In this document: positions 40,109-54,769 of the stretch, piece after piece
How the letters are laid out: each line of letters begins with the position of its first letter
Numbering within the stretch: position 1 is the first letter of the stretch
Source: Octopus vulgaris
Taxonomy: Eukaryota
DNA: 64,000 bases
Reading direction: 5' to 3'
Assembly: GCA_951406725.2 (NCBI GenBank)
Contig: OX597838.1
Coordinates: forward strand, 4,464,001 to 4,528,000
The notes under the pieces: generated by a model
Databases searched by the model: none
Seen by the model: only the letters and a program-made list of their open reading frames with translations
What the model was told of the DNA's origin: nothing
Translations under genes and position numbers: made by a program

Positions 40109-43100
40109 CGTAAGCAGATTGAGTATTTGTAATCATCGTCATCGTCATCATCTCTATTATTATTATTATTATTATTGCACAAAAATTTCTGCGGGAGCAG
40201 AAATGCCTTGCTACGTCCAAAGTTTAACCTTGTCCCTTTCATCTGTCCAGGGGCGATGTGATGAAATATAAAAAAACCAGTGAAGTTAGGGAGGAAAAGT
40301 TTATTTCATTAACTTCACCCCTCCACCACACCCAAAATACTAGGCCCTGTACCTATAAGTTAGGGATTATTATTATTACTACCATGTTCAGCCACCTTTT
40401 AGCCCCTGTGCCCTTGTCTTTCTAGAATCTGTCTCAACCCAAATGTGTTTATGTTAAGGTCTCTAACTAATGTTCAATGCATGCTTTCAGGCCCTTGTGG
40501 TTGAGCCTGTAGATCGGAGAACACCAGCTGTATAAGGGCCTGTGCCCTTGGTAGTCAGGGTGATACCTAATCTATAAGGGTTTCTTGATTGGCCCCTGGT
40601 TGGAGGCTCCCCTGTATCTGGAGGACTGCACCATCCAAATGTACACATTTTGTATCCTATTTATGATATTTAGTCTCATCTCACATTCCTCTCTCTTTCT
40701 TTTCCCTCATGGTAGTTTGACACCATGAACCCCAGTATTTAACTGGTACATTATTTTATCGAACCCCTCCAAAAGGAAATAAAGACAAAAATCGACCTTG
40801 GTGGAATTTGAACTCAAAATGCAAAAATCAGACAAAATGCTTTGCAGCACTTTGCTCTGTGTGCTAACGATTCTGCCAGCACCTAGTTACCAATAATAAC
40901 AACAATGATAATAATTTCTACTAAAGGCACAAGGCCTGAAATTGGTGGGGGGAGGGGGCTAGTCGATTACATTGACCCCAGTACTCAACTGGTACTTAGT
41001 TTATCGACCCTGAAAGGATGAAAGGCAAAGTCGACCTCGGTTGAATTTGAACTCAGAACTAGTGACAGGCGAAATACTGCTAAGCATTCCGTCCAGTGCG
41101 CTAATGATTGTGCCAGCCCCCTGTTACCAATAATAATAATAATAACAACAACAACATCGGTAACAGGGTCAGTAGCTATAATCAAGTGAATGATAAGAAG
41201 AAAAGCAGGGTTAAAAGAAAGAAACTTTTTGTCATTTTAAGGCACAAAATCTCTTGACTAAAAAAAAAAAAGGGGGTCCACTGCAAAAGAACAAAACAGG
41301 GGGAGGTGTGTGAGAAAACATTAAGTTGGGATTATAAAGGGGTGGGGATGGATTTCTGATTATTTTTCAGGTTATATTCTGCAATATATAAATTAGTGTG
41401 TGTGTGTGTATGTATATACACACACACACATATATATAGACACAAATATACACACATATATATAATGTATATATACACATATACACACACGTATATATAT
41501 ACACGAATATTTATATATGCACACATACACATATAATGTATATATACATACATAAACATACATATATATGCACACACATATACATACGTAAACACATATA
41601 TATATATGCACACCACTAGTAAAACTAACACAAAATTCCCAACATAGACCTTTCCATGCAATAACACATGCAGTCCCACCAACAAACCTTCCCCCACTCC
41701 ATCCCTTTCAAAATGCTTAAGAGAGAGAGAGAGGGGGGAGGGCATGAAAAATTGTCTGAAGATGTGATTAAGCCAAAATAAAAAAAAAAAATAAATAAAT
41801 AAAAATTAATGAACCATAACATGAGATTTCCTCATTATAGAATTCAAGCAGAACCTAATCCTACAGGGATAATCCTGTAGCTTAACCATAATTCCACAGA
41901 GTCTCAGTTGTCATTGCTAGGAGACTTGAAAGCAAAGCATTTACTAACCATTATGCCAAAGAATGATTTAAGCATTTAGCATTTAAAATGTCTATATTCT
42001 GCTTGTTTCGTGTTCAACCCATTCCAGATCTAACCTATCACACCTACCCTACAATGTTATTCAAAAAAGTAAAGAAGTTTAATGTTATATATAATAATAA
42101 TAATGAGAGGTGAACCCAGCAAATTGTATATAAATAAATATATAACGACACACAAACATTTTAAAATGCTTGTATATAAATATATATATGTATTTATATA
42201 CATACGTGTATGTGAGAAAGTGGCGTGTCTCTGTGTGTATATATTTATTACATATATATATAATGATAATAATAATAATCTTTTCTACTCTAGGCAGAAG
42301 GCCCGAAATTTTGTGGGGTGGGGGGGCAGTTGATTAGATGAACCTCAGTATGCAACTGGTACTTAATTTATCAACCCCGAAAGGATGAAAGGCAAAGCTG
42401 ACCTTGGCAGGATTTGAACTTAGCATAAAGGCAGACGAAATACTGCTTAGCATTTCACCCAGTGTGCTAACGTTTCTGCCAGCTCACTGCCTTTGTATAA
42501 TAATTGTAATAATTTAATTAACGGGAAGATGGATTTGGTATTAATCTTTATTTTGTGAAGAGATAAAAAGGAGGATTAATCCCTAATCCATCTTCTTGTT
42601 ACTTAATATAAATAAATATATTTAAAAGGAATAATTATTAATTAATTATTCCTTTTAAATATATTTATATATATTAAGGGCATTACTGTACATAAATGCC
42701 TCATGCTAAGAGGGACTCTTAAAGTCAAAACTACCATAATATGAATCCCACCTAGCGTGAGGCAGTTATGTATAGTAATGCCCTTAATATATATATATAT
42801 GTTGTGTGTGAGTGTGTATTCTATTACCAGTTTTGAATATTCCATGAACTGCAGTCAGCCAAATGTCTTAGGGTATTAGAGATAAAATTATAAACAATTT
42901 TAGTGATATTTTTCTGGAGATTGTTATATCGATCTTGTGACTGTGTTCTTTTAACGTTCCGTGAACCAGGGGGAAATAACTCTGAGCTGACTGTGCCCTA
43001 TACACACACACACACACACACACAACCAGGGACTTGATCAAACTTGGTTGGGTCATCTGGGGTAGAGTATCTGATTGATAAAGGACCTGAAATTAGTAAT

Positions 43101-45303
43101 GACTCCAGAAAACAGATGATGAGGCCCGATGTATCACAGGACGATGCATGGAAAAACTCTGTATGTGTGTGTGTGTGTAGATGGAGGGACAGCTTTTATT
43201 GTTTGTGAGAGAAAACAAATCATGGTTGGATCTTAAACTGTACAGCAACCCACCAACCAGCCAGCCAGCCAGCTGTTGTAGTCTGAGATAAGGGGAGATA
43301 ACTGCTAGTTTCAGCATTTCTCTACAATCAAAGTCTTCCCGAACAACATCGATTAAGTGGACGCTAATTACTCTGATTAATATAATGAATCGAAAATAAT
43401 TATTATAAGGAAATTATTTCCAGTCATGAGATGAATTTTCATAAACATTGGCAGTTTAATTTTCTCCCCATTACAGGTATTAGAATTTAATTTAATTTAA
43501 AAAATTACTATCTCGCTATATTAATTACACTAACCAACACTTATTCTTCCTGCAGAAGGCAACCCTAGGAAATGGGAAAAAAATCTTTTTATTTTTCCAT
43601 TGTGGAACAACCAATGATTTATCCCACGATTTATTATTATCATCATTATCATTATTGAGTGAGAGAGCAGAGCATGCCATCAAAGTGACACTGGGGTAAA
43701 ATATATGAAGCCCAGTATACCCATCATGACTACCCGTCTGATACGGGTACACCAGGTACATGCATCATAAACATATGTGCGCGACATGGTGATCTCATAT
43801 CAAAATAAACGGTGCATGACCTTGCAGGTGGGGCCCAGTTAGAATTTTCTTCTGGTCGAGTAGCCCATCCCGTTCAATAGGTCCCTGAATAAGGGTTGTT
43901 TAAGGATGTTGAACGAAACACCCATGTTTCCAGAGGTGAATTATTCAAACCCCAAAGAATTCCTCTCAGCACATCACTATGATGCTTCCCCACATTTTAT
44001 TATTATTATCATTATTATTCTTCTTATTATTATTATTTGTGTGTTTGTTTGCACAGGGGAGAAAATTTTCTTTTATGACCCCTAACGTGTTGTGTCATAA
44101 CTCGTTTTCCTCATGAATTTTGCAGACCCACCACCGCTGCGCCGTCACCATCATCATCTTTGGGGGAAATAGTTTTATGTCATTCTAACTATTTAGGGTC
44201 CAACCTTAAATAACACTGTCGAATGTGTTACTACATCCAAAAGCCCAACAACATGAAAGGGTCTTTTTGTGTGTGTGGGGGGGTTCAACTGGTAACAGAC
44301 CTACTCTCTCTTTCACCCCCACCCCCCAAAAAAAACCCCTACACCCACCACACGATAATACCTATTTCTTTACTACCCACAAGGGGCTAAACAGAGTGGA
44401 CAGACAAACGGATTAAGTCGATTACATCGACCCCAGTGTGTAACTGGTACTTATTTAATCGACCCCGAAAGGATGAAAGGCAAAGTTAACCTCGGCGGAA
44501 TTTGAACTTGGAACGTAGCGGCAGACGAAATACCGCTAAGCATTTCGCCCGGTGTGCTAACGATTCTGCCAGCTCGCCGCACGATAATACCACACCCCAT
44601 ATTCCCCTTAACCCTGTGCTTTGTCATGACAATGAAAAAGTCCCAGCATGGCCACAATCTGGCCTGAAATGCATAAAAAAAACTAAACTATCATTAACAC
44701 AAAGTGGTTAGTAATACTAATTTACAATAATATGTGTACTAACTATTATATGATAATTATAGTAGTAGCTACGCTAATTATAATTGCAACTGTACTAATT
44801 ACAATTATAGCGATACGAATTGTAATTATAGCCTTACTAACAGCTATATTATACTAATATGTATAATAGCGGAAAAAAGAAAACATTGAAAAGAAAACAA
44901 CAAAGGATGCAAGCCTTCAACTCACGTAACTTTATGACAATAAACTGAAGATGTACAAAAAATAAAAAAACATTTTTTTTTTTAAAAGCGACAAAAAAAA
45001 GTGCAAATAAAAATTAGAAATAAAAATGCAACAAAACTTTGTTTTGTGATGTAAACTTAATTAAGAAACTCAGAGGAGAAAGTCTAGAACCAGTTACAAG
45101 TGCCCTTCCCCCTCTCTTCCTCCTCTCCTCCCAAACATCTCTACATAAGCAACATACTTTCATCACATCTCCACCCCCCACAACCCCCCCCCACACTTTT
45201 TGTTTTTGTTTTTGCTTTTTTTTTGTTTGTTCCTCATCTTTTGTGGAATTTAATTTATTTCTTACAAAAAAAAATAATAATAAAATAAACGTATTTATTT
45301 GTC

Positions 45304-45476
45304 TTAGAAAGAGAAACGTTGGGTAGGTTTGTATCCGAGTTTGTCGAGATGTGGCAGACAGGCAGAGTTTATCATGGGAGGTGGGCCGCACATCAGAATG
45401 AGGACGTCCTCAGCAGGGGCTGGTAGGTGGTCCTTGATCATGGTCTCGTTGACGAACCCAGTACTGAAGCTCCAAT
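45304..45476 (-). CDS. CYB5R3: NADH-cytochrome b5 reductase, last exon
   Basis: 173 nt; (N)[56 protein letters not shown]; CGPPPM motif. Confidence 0.95.
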
Positions 45477-46084
45477 CTATAAAATACAAAGAGGGAGAGA
45501 GAAAAAAAAAAGGTATGAAAAAAATGTAAACAAAAAAAAAAGAACCTCCAACTCCCCCCCCCCCCACACACACACAAATGCACAAAAAAAATTAAAATGT
45601 TAAATAATAAAATGACCCAGGAAACAATAAGAATAAGGGCTGGTGGCATGAAAAACGTACCCAGTACATTGTGGTTGGCATTAGGAAGGGCATCAAGCTG
45701 TAGAAAGCATGTCAAAACAGATAAGTGGACCCTAGTACAGCCCTCCAGCCTTGCCAGCTACTGTCAAACTGTCCAATTCATGCCAGCATGGAAAACGGAC
45801 ATTAACCCTTTCGTTACCATATTTCTGTTGAGATGCTCTGTTTTTTTTTTTCAATGAATTTAGTAAAATAACTTAGTTATAATTAAGCTAGTGTTAGGAA
45901 CATAAATTGTGACTAAGGTTTGGTGGAAGATTTTAATTCCAAACTTATGAAAACAAGACATTTGTGCTACAGAATCAGAGCTGGTTTCAGCCAGGTTGGT
46001 AACGAAAGGGTTAAATAATGACGATGATGATGATGATGACATATTTGGTGTTAACTCATATATACCCATAAAAAATTTTACTTT

Positions 46085-46515
46085 ATTTACATTCGACGGA
46101 TATTTGTCCTAATCTTGTTTGTTGTTAATATAATGTTTCGGCTGATATACCCTCCAGCCTTCATCAGGTGTTTTGGGGAAATTTCGAACCTGGGTTCTCA
46201 TTTTTCAATGTTGTTATTATTATTATTATTATTATTCAGGTTGCTATTTGGAATCAAACTCAGAATCTTAGGGTTAGCAGCCTGTGCTCTTAACCACTAC
46301 GCCATATGCCCACGGGCACTACACTACGGCATATGCTCACGGGCATATGGTGTAGTGGTTAAGTGCGTGGGCTACTAACCCCAAGATTCCAAGTTTGATT
46401 CCAGGTAGTGACCTGAATAATAATAATAATAACATTGAAAAATGAGAACCCAGGTTTGAAATTTCCCCAAGACACCTGATGAAGGCTGGAGGGTATATCA
46501 GCCGAATGTAAATAA
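46085..46515. mobile_element. fold-back element: divergent tRNA-like heads, each followed by an (AAT)n spacer and a hammerhead-like tail
   Basis: Right arm: A-box TGGTGTAGTGG (46348-58), B-box GTTTGATTCC (46393-402), CTGATGA at 46476 with a GGCTG/CAGCC stem. The left arm is its inverted copy (CTGATGA on minus at 46161-67). Confidence 0.7.
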
Positions 46516-47821
46516 TGTATATAATTCCTCATCTCTTAAATATAGAACTGAAGAATTTTACTGTATTTAGATTAAACGTTCTGGTAAGCTTTCACAATCT
46601 GGAAGAGAAGGGCCGCATGCAACTGTTAGCTACGGGTATCCACTCCCTACTGACCATTTCGTATGCTCAGTCAGATGCTTCCAGGCGAGTCCATGTCCAA
46701 ACAAGTAGGAGCAGGTTTTGCACTGCGGAAATGCAACAAGGGGTATATATGGGTTTAAGAAGGGCATCCAGCCATAGAAACCATGCCAGATTAGAACAAT
46801 GGAGCTGGGTGCAGCCCCTGGCCTCACTAGCTCTGGTCAAATTATCCAACCTAGACCAAGTGGGGCATATATGTTTAACCCTTAACTCTTTAGTGTTTGC
46901 ATTATTCTGCCAAAATTAATCCTTTTTTTCCACATTGTTTTGAACTAATCATGCATTATCTTGTAGCTATGAGATTTTGATGAGGTAGCTGTTAATTTTT
47001 AAGATGATATTGTAGGGTTGGTGTGAGAGACCAGATCTGGCCAGTTTGAACATAAAATAGGCAGAATACTTTTGGCCAGATACGGCCGGTTTAGATGCTA
47101 AAGGGTTAAACAGCAGGGAAAAGTTGGCGTGCGTATGTATCTCCTTAAGAATAATTTTTATCCCTTTTTTTTACTTTAGCCTTTCGGTATTCAGATTTCT
47201 TCTCAAATATAGAGTTTGTCTGTTTATATTGTTTCGAATTTATCATTCATTATGTTGTAGTTTAGAGATTTTGAGGTGATTGTTTAATTTTAGAATTGTT
47301 ATGATGTGATGGCATTTTCCAGTTATAATGTGTGGCCTCTGTTGTGACTGTAGCTCTTGTATCTATTCCAGTAGCCATCATAATCTCTTGGTATCGGATA
47401 CAGTGTATCTCTTCTATACTGGAAATGGTAAACTGCTTGGTTTATCATGCTATCACTGATAGCTCTGCAAGACAACCAGTTTGAACTGACTGCCTTGACT
47501 GTGACTCGAACACGGCTATAACATGTAACAGGCACTTAACTCCAACTGAGAACTTGTACGATGACTCTACAATGACCGACACACGACTTCCCAGTGTAAA
47601 GTGGTTGGCATTAGGAAGGGCATCCAGCTGTAGAAACCATGCCAAAACAGAGGCATGGAGCCCAGGCAGATCTCCAGCTGGCCAGATCCAGTCAGACTGT
47701 CCAACCTGTGCCAGCATGGAAAATGGATGTTAAATGATGGACGGATGGACACACATACATACACACATGCAACAACAACACAGACACAGTTGGGTTAGCC
47801 ATAATATGAACAAATACAAAC

Positions 47822-47921
47822 TTGGTTCAGCTTTGTCCACAGTAAACCACAAATGGAACTGGTCAGGGTGATCCTCAGCAATTTTCTCCAAGTCAGGGCG
47901 CAGCAGAATATCATTTTCAGT
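47822..47921 (-). CDS. CYB5R3: NADH-cytochrome b5 reductase exon
   Basis: 100 nt; [33 protein letters not shown]; TTTTCAG acceptor, A|GTTTGT donor. Confidence 0.93.
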
Positions 47922-48170
47922 CTGAAAATATAACACAGTAGATATATATAGTGTGGGATAAGTTTAAGGTCCTGGTAGGGTGCAAAGTTAGGGTATTTCC
48001 AGAGAAACACTCAACCCAAATACTGTTCCAGGCCAAAGCAGGAATTCCTCAGGTGTAGAAAAATCTAAGTTTCATGACCATCACACTGTAAAGTGGGTTT
48101 GGCATGGAGTAAATAATCCGAATAATAATAATAAGAAGACAAAGATAACTCTTTAAGACATTTTTAACCT

Positions 48171-48390
48171 TAGTAGGGTGCTAAGAGCACCATCCGAGCG
48201 TGATCATTGCCAGAGCGGCTATGTGGCCTCCGTGTCGGTGGCACGTAAAAGACACCATTCGAGCGTGATCGTTACCAGCATCGCCTTACTGGCACCGCTC
48301 GAATGGTGTCTTTTATGTGCCACCGACACGGAGGCCAGATAGCCGCTCTGGCAATGATCACGCTCGGATGGTGCCCTTAATACCCTACTA
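48171..48390. repeat. 95-bp inverted repeat (fold-back/MITE-like)
   Basis: Arms 48171-48265 / 48296-48390 with few mismatches; 30-nt spacer. Confidence 0.88.
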
Positions 48391-48664
48391 GCACGGGGCA
48401 CAAGTGCCAGTAAGGCGAAGCTGGTATATATATATATTTCTTTACTGCCCACAAGGGGCTAAACATAGAGGGGACAAACAAGGACAGACAAAGGGATTAA
48501 GTCGATTACATCGACCCCAGTGCGTAACTGGTACTTTATTTATCGATTCTGAAAGGATGAAAGGCAAAGTCGACCTCGGCGGAATTTGAACTCAGAACGT
48601 AACGGCAGACGAAATACGGCTACGCATTTCACCCGGCGTGCTAACGTTTCTGCCAGCTCACTGC

Positions 48665-48741
<77 letters not shown>

Positions 48742-49007
48742 GGGAGAGAATAGAATGGGCTTCATTCAGTTTCTGTCTTCCAAATACAAGACTTTGGTCA
48801 GCCCAGGGCTATGTTAGAAGATACTTGCTCAAGGCACCAGGCAGTGGGACTGAACCTGAAACCACATGGTTGGAAAGAAAACTTAACCACGTGGCCATGC
48901 TTGGACCGTTTCAAACCCCAAACACCATCCAAAAAAAGCAATAAAAAAAACCAACAAAAAAACACACCCCCAAAAGCAAACAAGATAAACAAGCGTAAGA
49001 CAGGTAC

Positions 49008-49093
49008 CTGGTTGGCGAACAGGAGGAACATTTCGAGATTGTGGCGAGACTCTTTGAGGATCTGTTTGATGATCTGCAGCATTGGAGTGATAC
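49008..49093 (-). CDS. CYB5R3: NADH-cytochrome b5 reductase exon
   Basis: 86 nt; (G)ITPMLQIIKQILKESRHNLEMFLLFANQ; completes the GGTGITP NADH-binding motif. Confidence 0.95.
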
Positions 49094-49537
49094 CTGGAGG
49101 AGGAGAGGAAGAGGAAGAAGAGAGAGAATGGAGAATGAGAATGATGGACGTAGTGAGGTGGCAGTGGGGGGGGGAGGAGAGGGGAGGGATATAGGAAGCT
49201 GTAGGAAGGTATGTGGAGTAGGGACATTACTGGGGAAGGGGGGGATTAGGGAGAGAGAGGAGAGCAGGGAAAAGAGAAGAGAGAACATATATGAGGAGAC
49301 ATTATGGGAGAGGGAGAATACAGAGAGAAAGAGGGAGGGAGAAAAGAGAGAGAGCGGATAAAGAGAGGGGAGGGAAGAGAACATATATAAGGAGACATTA
49401 CTGAGTAAAGGGGAATAGAGAGAGAGAGAGAGAGAGAGGGAGGATACGAGAGAGAGATTGCAGGGTGAGGAATAATGAAAAAAGAGAACAGTGAAAAGTG
49501 CCACTGACATAGTGTGCCAGTGCAATGTGCCTCTTAC

Positions 49538-49621
49538 CAGTGCCTCCAGCAATCATTCCAATTTTCTTCACAGTAACCACCTCATGAGGGGATTTCTTAT
49601 CAGGCTTGATGTGGAATTCAC
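49538..49621 (-). CDS. CYB5R3: NADH-cytochrome b5 reductase exon
   Basis: 84 nt; (G)EFHIKPDKKSPHEVVTVKKIGMIAGGT(G); GT-AG boundaries. Confidence 0.95.
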
Positions 49622-49627
49622 CTGGAA

Positions 49628-49659
<32 letters not shown>

Positions 49660-50921
49660 TAATAATCCTTTCTACTGGAAGCACAAGGCCTTAAATTTGC
49701 GGGAGGGGATTAAGTTGATTTACTTACATCGACTGAGGGTTGATGTAAGTAAATGAGTGGAAACTAAACCAGTGAGTGTTAAATTATAAGGCACTAAAAG
49801 GGAATGACTCTCCCCAGACACAGCAGTATCTATCTATCTATCTATCTATATTTATCAAAAGAAAAACAGGATGCAAAGGATTTAGTGGTACATATGTTTC
49901 TGGCTTTATTAGACAGTTTATATCAATGCATAATTGATGTAATATGTATGTCAATAGTCATCTTCAGCCGCGCACAATTACCACACCAAAGACATGTATT
50001 ACATTATAAGTTTGGGAAAAGGACGAGTTTCATTGGGGATGCGAATCCTCATAGTCGTGTACAACAGAGCGAGACACCAAAACAAAAACAAAGCGTCCAT
50101 ACCGTTTTTCACTTGATATATATATATATTATCACTATCAGCATTTAACGTCCGTTTTCCATGCTGGAATGGGTTGGACGGTTCGACTGGGCCTGGGAAG
50201 CCAGGAGGCTGCACCAGGCCCCAGTCTGTTTTGGCTTGGTTTCTATAGCTGAATGCCTTTCCCAATGCCAACCAATCCAAGAGTGTAGTGGGTGCTTTTT
50301 ACATGCCACCAGCACAAGTGTCACAACTACAATTTCCATTTGATATTGATATTGATGTACTTGACTCATTAGGTCTCCTCAAGCAAGGCATGTCACCCTA
50401 CGATCCAAGGGACTTTTTGAGTGGGCTCCTTATGTGACACTGGTGTAGGTTACAGCTGTGAACTCACTTTATTTGCCGGGTCTTCTCAGTCACAGCATAC
50501 CTCCAGAGGTCTCGGTCTTTTGTCATTGCCTGGTATATAAAAGAAAAAATCCAGTGAAATCTATGAAGGTAGTGTCAGTAGATCCAGTGGTAATCCGGGT
50601 GGAGTGCTGGTATGTAGATGAAGAGAGGTGCTGATAGTTTAGGAAGTGGTTCAGAAATGGAAGGCCAAAAAGTAGGAAGTTCGGACAGGATCAAACTGCT
50701 TGTTGTTCATACACCTGTCTCTGTCTTTTGTTTTTCTATAAATTTCAACTATATCATCATCGTGGCTGTGTGGTAAGTAGCTTGCTTACGAACCACATGG
50801 TTCCGGGTTCAGTCCCACTGCGTGGCATCTTGGGCAAGTGTCTTCTGCTATAGCCTCGGGCCAACCAACGCCTTGTGAGTGGATTTGGTAGATAGAAACT
50901 GAAAGAAGCCTGTCGCATATG

Positions 50922-50952
<31 letters not shown>

Positions 50953-51653
50953 ATGTATGTTTGTGTGTCTGTGTTTGTCCCCTTAGCATTGCTTGACAAC
51001 CGATGCTGGTGTGTGTACATCCCCGTCACTTAGCGGTTCGGCAAAAGAGACCGATATATTAAGTCCTGGGCTTACAAAGAATTAGTCCCGGGGTCGATTT
51101 GCTCGACTAAAGGCGGTGCTCCAGCATGGCTGCAGTCAAATGGCTGAAACAAGTAAAAAGAGTATCGTTTAACGTCCGTTTTCCATGCTGGCATGGGTTG
51201 GATGGTTTGACTGGAGTCTGGGAAGCCAGGAGGCTGCACCACACACACACACACACACACAATGGGCTTCTTTCAATCTCCATCACCCAAATTCACATCG
51301 AAGGCTGTAGTTAGCCTGGGGCTATAGATGCTTGTCCAATGTGCCACAGTGGGTCTGAACTTGAAACTCTGAGTGTGTGCGTGTGTGTGTGTGTGTGTGT
51401 CTGTCACCACACTGCTTCATAATCACTGTTGGTTTGTTTACATCCCCATAACTTAACAGTTTAGCAAAAGGAAACCAAAAGAATAACAGGCTAACTCCCT
51501 CCCCCTCCAAAAACAAAGAAGCAAGAACTAAAGTAATGGGTTTTTTTTCCCCCCAATTAAAACCCTTCCCAGTAGTGCTCCAGCATGGCCACAGTCCAAT
51601 GACTGAAACATGTAAAAGATGAAAGAAAAGAGAAAAAGATGTTGCCTAGTTAC

Positions 51654-51783
51654 CGTTTCCATGGTAAGTCAAAAGGCCAGAGGGACCTTTGACATCGATA
51701 TAATCCTCATTGGTGAGAGAATCCACGTGTTGGCTCATCTTGCCACCATTGGGGAATTTAGGATGGATTCCTTTCTTGTAGAC
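51654..51783 (-). CDS. CYB5R3: NADH-cytochrome b5 reductase exon
   Basis: 130 nt; [43 protein letters not shown](G); GGKMS FAD-binding motif. Confidence 0.95.
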
Positions 51784-53610
51784 CTGGAATTAGAGACACA
51801 CAACAGGTGGAGGTTATTTTGCAGTTGGAGAGAGACAGACACAAACACACACACACATATATATAAATGCTGAACGATGAAAATGAGCGCTCAACACTGC
51901 ATTGGTGGATAGAATATATTTGTGAATTAAGGCTACCAATGGTCCCAGGTTAAGAAAACTATCTTAATAATTTTTCAAGCCGATCACATGGAGGAATGGT
52001 GTTCATCTCCATTTCGGCCAAACACAAAGTCTCGGTGAATTTGCAGATATTCTCAAAGAGATCAATAAATCAAGGGGCGCTACTCCTAGAAGACATTTTT
52101 CAAGTAGTTATCTCCCTTGGGTTTGGCTTTTGGGCAAATAACCGTGTCGGACGGTAATGTTGTTTGCATTCTCTTATATTCTGGGTGTATGTGATGTTCA
52201 TATGCTTGTGTGTGTCATGGGGGAATATTTCTTCTCTGTGTGGAGTTTGTGTGTTATGTACATTCAAATTTTATGTTCAGGAAAATTATCCTGGTGAGAT
52301 TAGCGATGTGTTTACGTGCATAAAAACTTCTTTATGTTTATCATATCAAAACCCCTGCACGATGTCTTTAAACTATTTTCTTTCCTTCGCCATTGCTTCG
52401 TTGCCAAATTGTTTTGGCGCCTTTTTCTCCCAGCCTCTCTGATTCCTTCTCTCCCTCTCTCTCTCTCGGTCACTGCTTCTGTCCTCGCCTTCCACCCTCC
52501 TTCGTCCCCTCTCTCTCTTACCCTCTTGCGACTTGCTGCCTCAGCCATTCTGTTTCCATTGGCCGCTTGTTCAACATGTGTCTTATCACCGAAAAGGTAA
52601 TTTTTTCCACGCTGTTGATATTGTTTTTGTGTCTCTCTTTTTGTCTCAAAGCCATAGGGCGCCTGTGTCATCCATGTTTTTAACCGTTACTGTCTCCAAA
52701 AAAGATTTTTCGTTTCATGTTCATCTCTGTTGCGTTGCATTCTTTCCTTCTGTGGCTGGCTGATTCAGAGCGGATCTCAGAATTAAACAGCCGAAATCTG
52801 CAATGAGGGATCAGTTTCTGACTGAAGAATGAAGGCTTTGAATGACCCGTTTGTCTTTTTGTTCGTCCCTTCGTGTATTTCATGTTATTTATTTATGTAA
52901 AGGTTTATTATATACATACATACATACATACATACACATAGGTGTGTCAGTGCAGCATGCCTGTCAAGTGTCTAACAAGGGAAATAACTCATGTCAACTT
53001 ATCCATCTATATTGTAATAAAGTTTTAATTAGTCTTAAGTATGTAACTTTTACAGAAAGAAAGTAATTATTAAAATCTACCTTGTCTAGAAAAATCTTAT
53101 AAATTCCAATTTTAATATATTTTATTTTTAAAACCAAAATGTGGTCTTCAAACATTTTCTTTATCATTGAAGATTTCAACCTCATGATTTGTATTCACTG
53201 CGACACAGTGATCTTACAGCAAGATAGTGTCTGTTAATGTTCCTGCATATACTTAACTACAGATGTATCCCTTTTGCCTCCACTAAACTTTGTTTTCCCA
53301 TAACCTTCTGAACAATGGATATTTTTAAATGAAATTTTCAACAAATACATTTCAGATAGTGTTGATTATTTTAGAATTTGTTGTGAAAATTTTTGGGGAG
53401 TGGAACATAGGTGAGAGGAGTTTTAGATAATTGACACCAGTTGACCTTACTTCCTCATAACTGTCTAAGGAATGTGTATCTTCTAAAAAGATTATCTATA
53501 AATACATTTCAGATTTTGTTTGTCATCCTTTTAGGGGTTGATAAGAGTTGATAAAATGAAAAAAGACAACAACAGAAACAAGGTAAAAAAACAAAAAAAA
53601 CTAGTCATAC

Positions 53611-53717
53611 CTTGATGACAAGATCCATGTAGCCTTTGTCGTCATCACTGGACACAGGGGTGTAAGGTCGGACAACCAACTCACCATTGATCGTAGCAGA
53701 CAGGTAGATATGTTGAC
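53611..53717 (-). CDS. CYB5R3: NADH-cytochrome b5 reductase exon
   Basis: 107 nt; (G)[35 protein letters not shown]; RxYT flavin motif. Confidence 0.95.
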
Positions 53718-53974
53718 CTGTAAAGGACAAGGGAAGAGATAGAGAGAAAGGAGAGAGAGAGAGAGAGAGGGGGGAGGCATAGTGAGAAAGAAACAGAGAG
53801 AGAGACAGTCAGAGAAAGAGAGAAAGAAAGATGTCCAGATAGCGGGAGAGACAGCAGAACAGAGAGAACGAAGAAAGAGAGAGAGTGTAAGAAAGAAGGT
53901 GAGAGCATGAGAGAGAAGGGGTACGAGAGAGAGAGAGTGAAAGAGAAAGGTAGAAAATCTCTTCTGCCACTTAC

Positions 53975-54047
53975 CTACAGGTAGACCCAATATGTGTTCG
54001 GGAGACGTCAATGCAAACCTGAATCGACGGGTGTCATGGCTGATTTC
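53975..54047 (-). CDS. CYB5R3: NADH-cytochrome b5 reductase exon
   Basis: 73 nt; [24 protein letters not shown](G). Confidence 0.95.
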
Positions 54048-54769
54048 CTACAGAGATGGTAGCAGCAGCAGCAGCAGCAGCAATGGTGGTGGTGGCGGGA
54101 GGAGGAGAAAACAGAGAAGAAATACCATTAGAGTTAGACTACAAACTGAAATGGAATGGGTGGTGATGGTGGAAGTGGTGGCAGCGTCTGTTGTAACCAT
54201 GGTAACTTATCTTCAAATGTAGACCAAACCACCAACAAAGAGAACCTTTATGGAATTGTCAGACATAACAGCCATGTCTCCCTTAACTCATTTTACTGCA
54301 AATATTCAATATACCCACTCCAAATTTCATTACCCTTAACTAGGCACAGGTAATCTTTGTTCTTGGAAAAGGGGCCATGTGAGACATGGCTCATCTTCAG
54401 GGAGGCCACACTACTAAAAGGTCATGGGCAGGAGTGGGAGCATATACTGTTGCAGTGTGTTGCAGCATTCATCATTTGTTGCCATATTCCCTGGCCCTCT
54501 TGAGTCCTCTTGGGCAACCTGTCAACGAGGAACCCAGCCAATCCCCATCTCTGCAAGACACCACCTCACCTACCATGACCATCTGGTATGTGCTTGATCA
54601 CCACGAGCCAACTCAAGACATAATCAAGCAACAATTTGTATTGGTCTCAATGGTATTAGATGTTAACCATCCAACCCATGCCAGCATGGAAAATGGATGT
54701 TAAATAATAATGATGGCCTATTGAAATAATTGAAGGTAATTGTTTGTTATGTAAGGAGCCCTTGACAAT

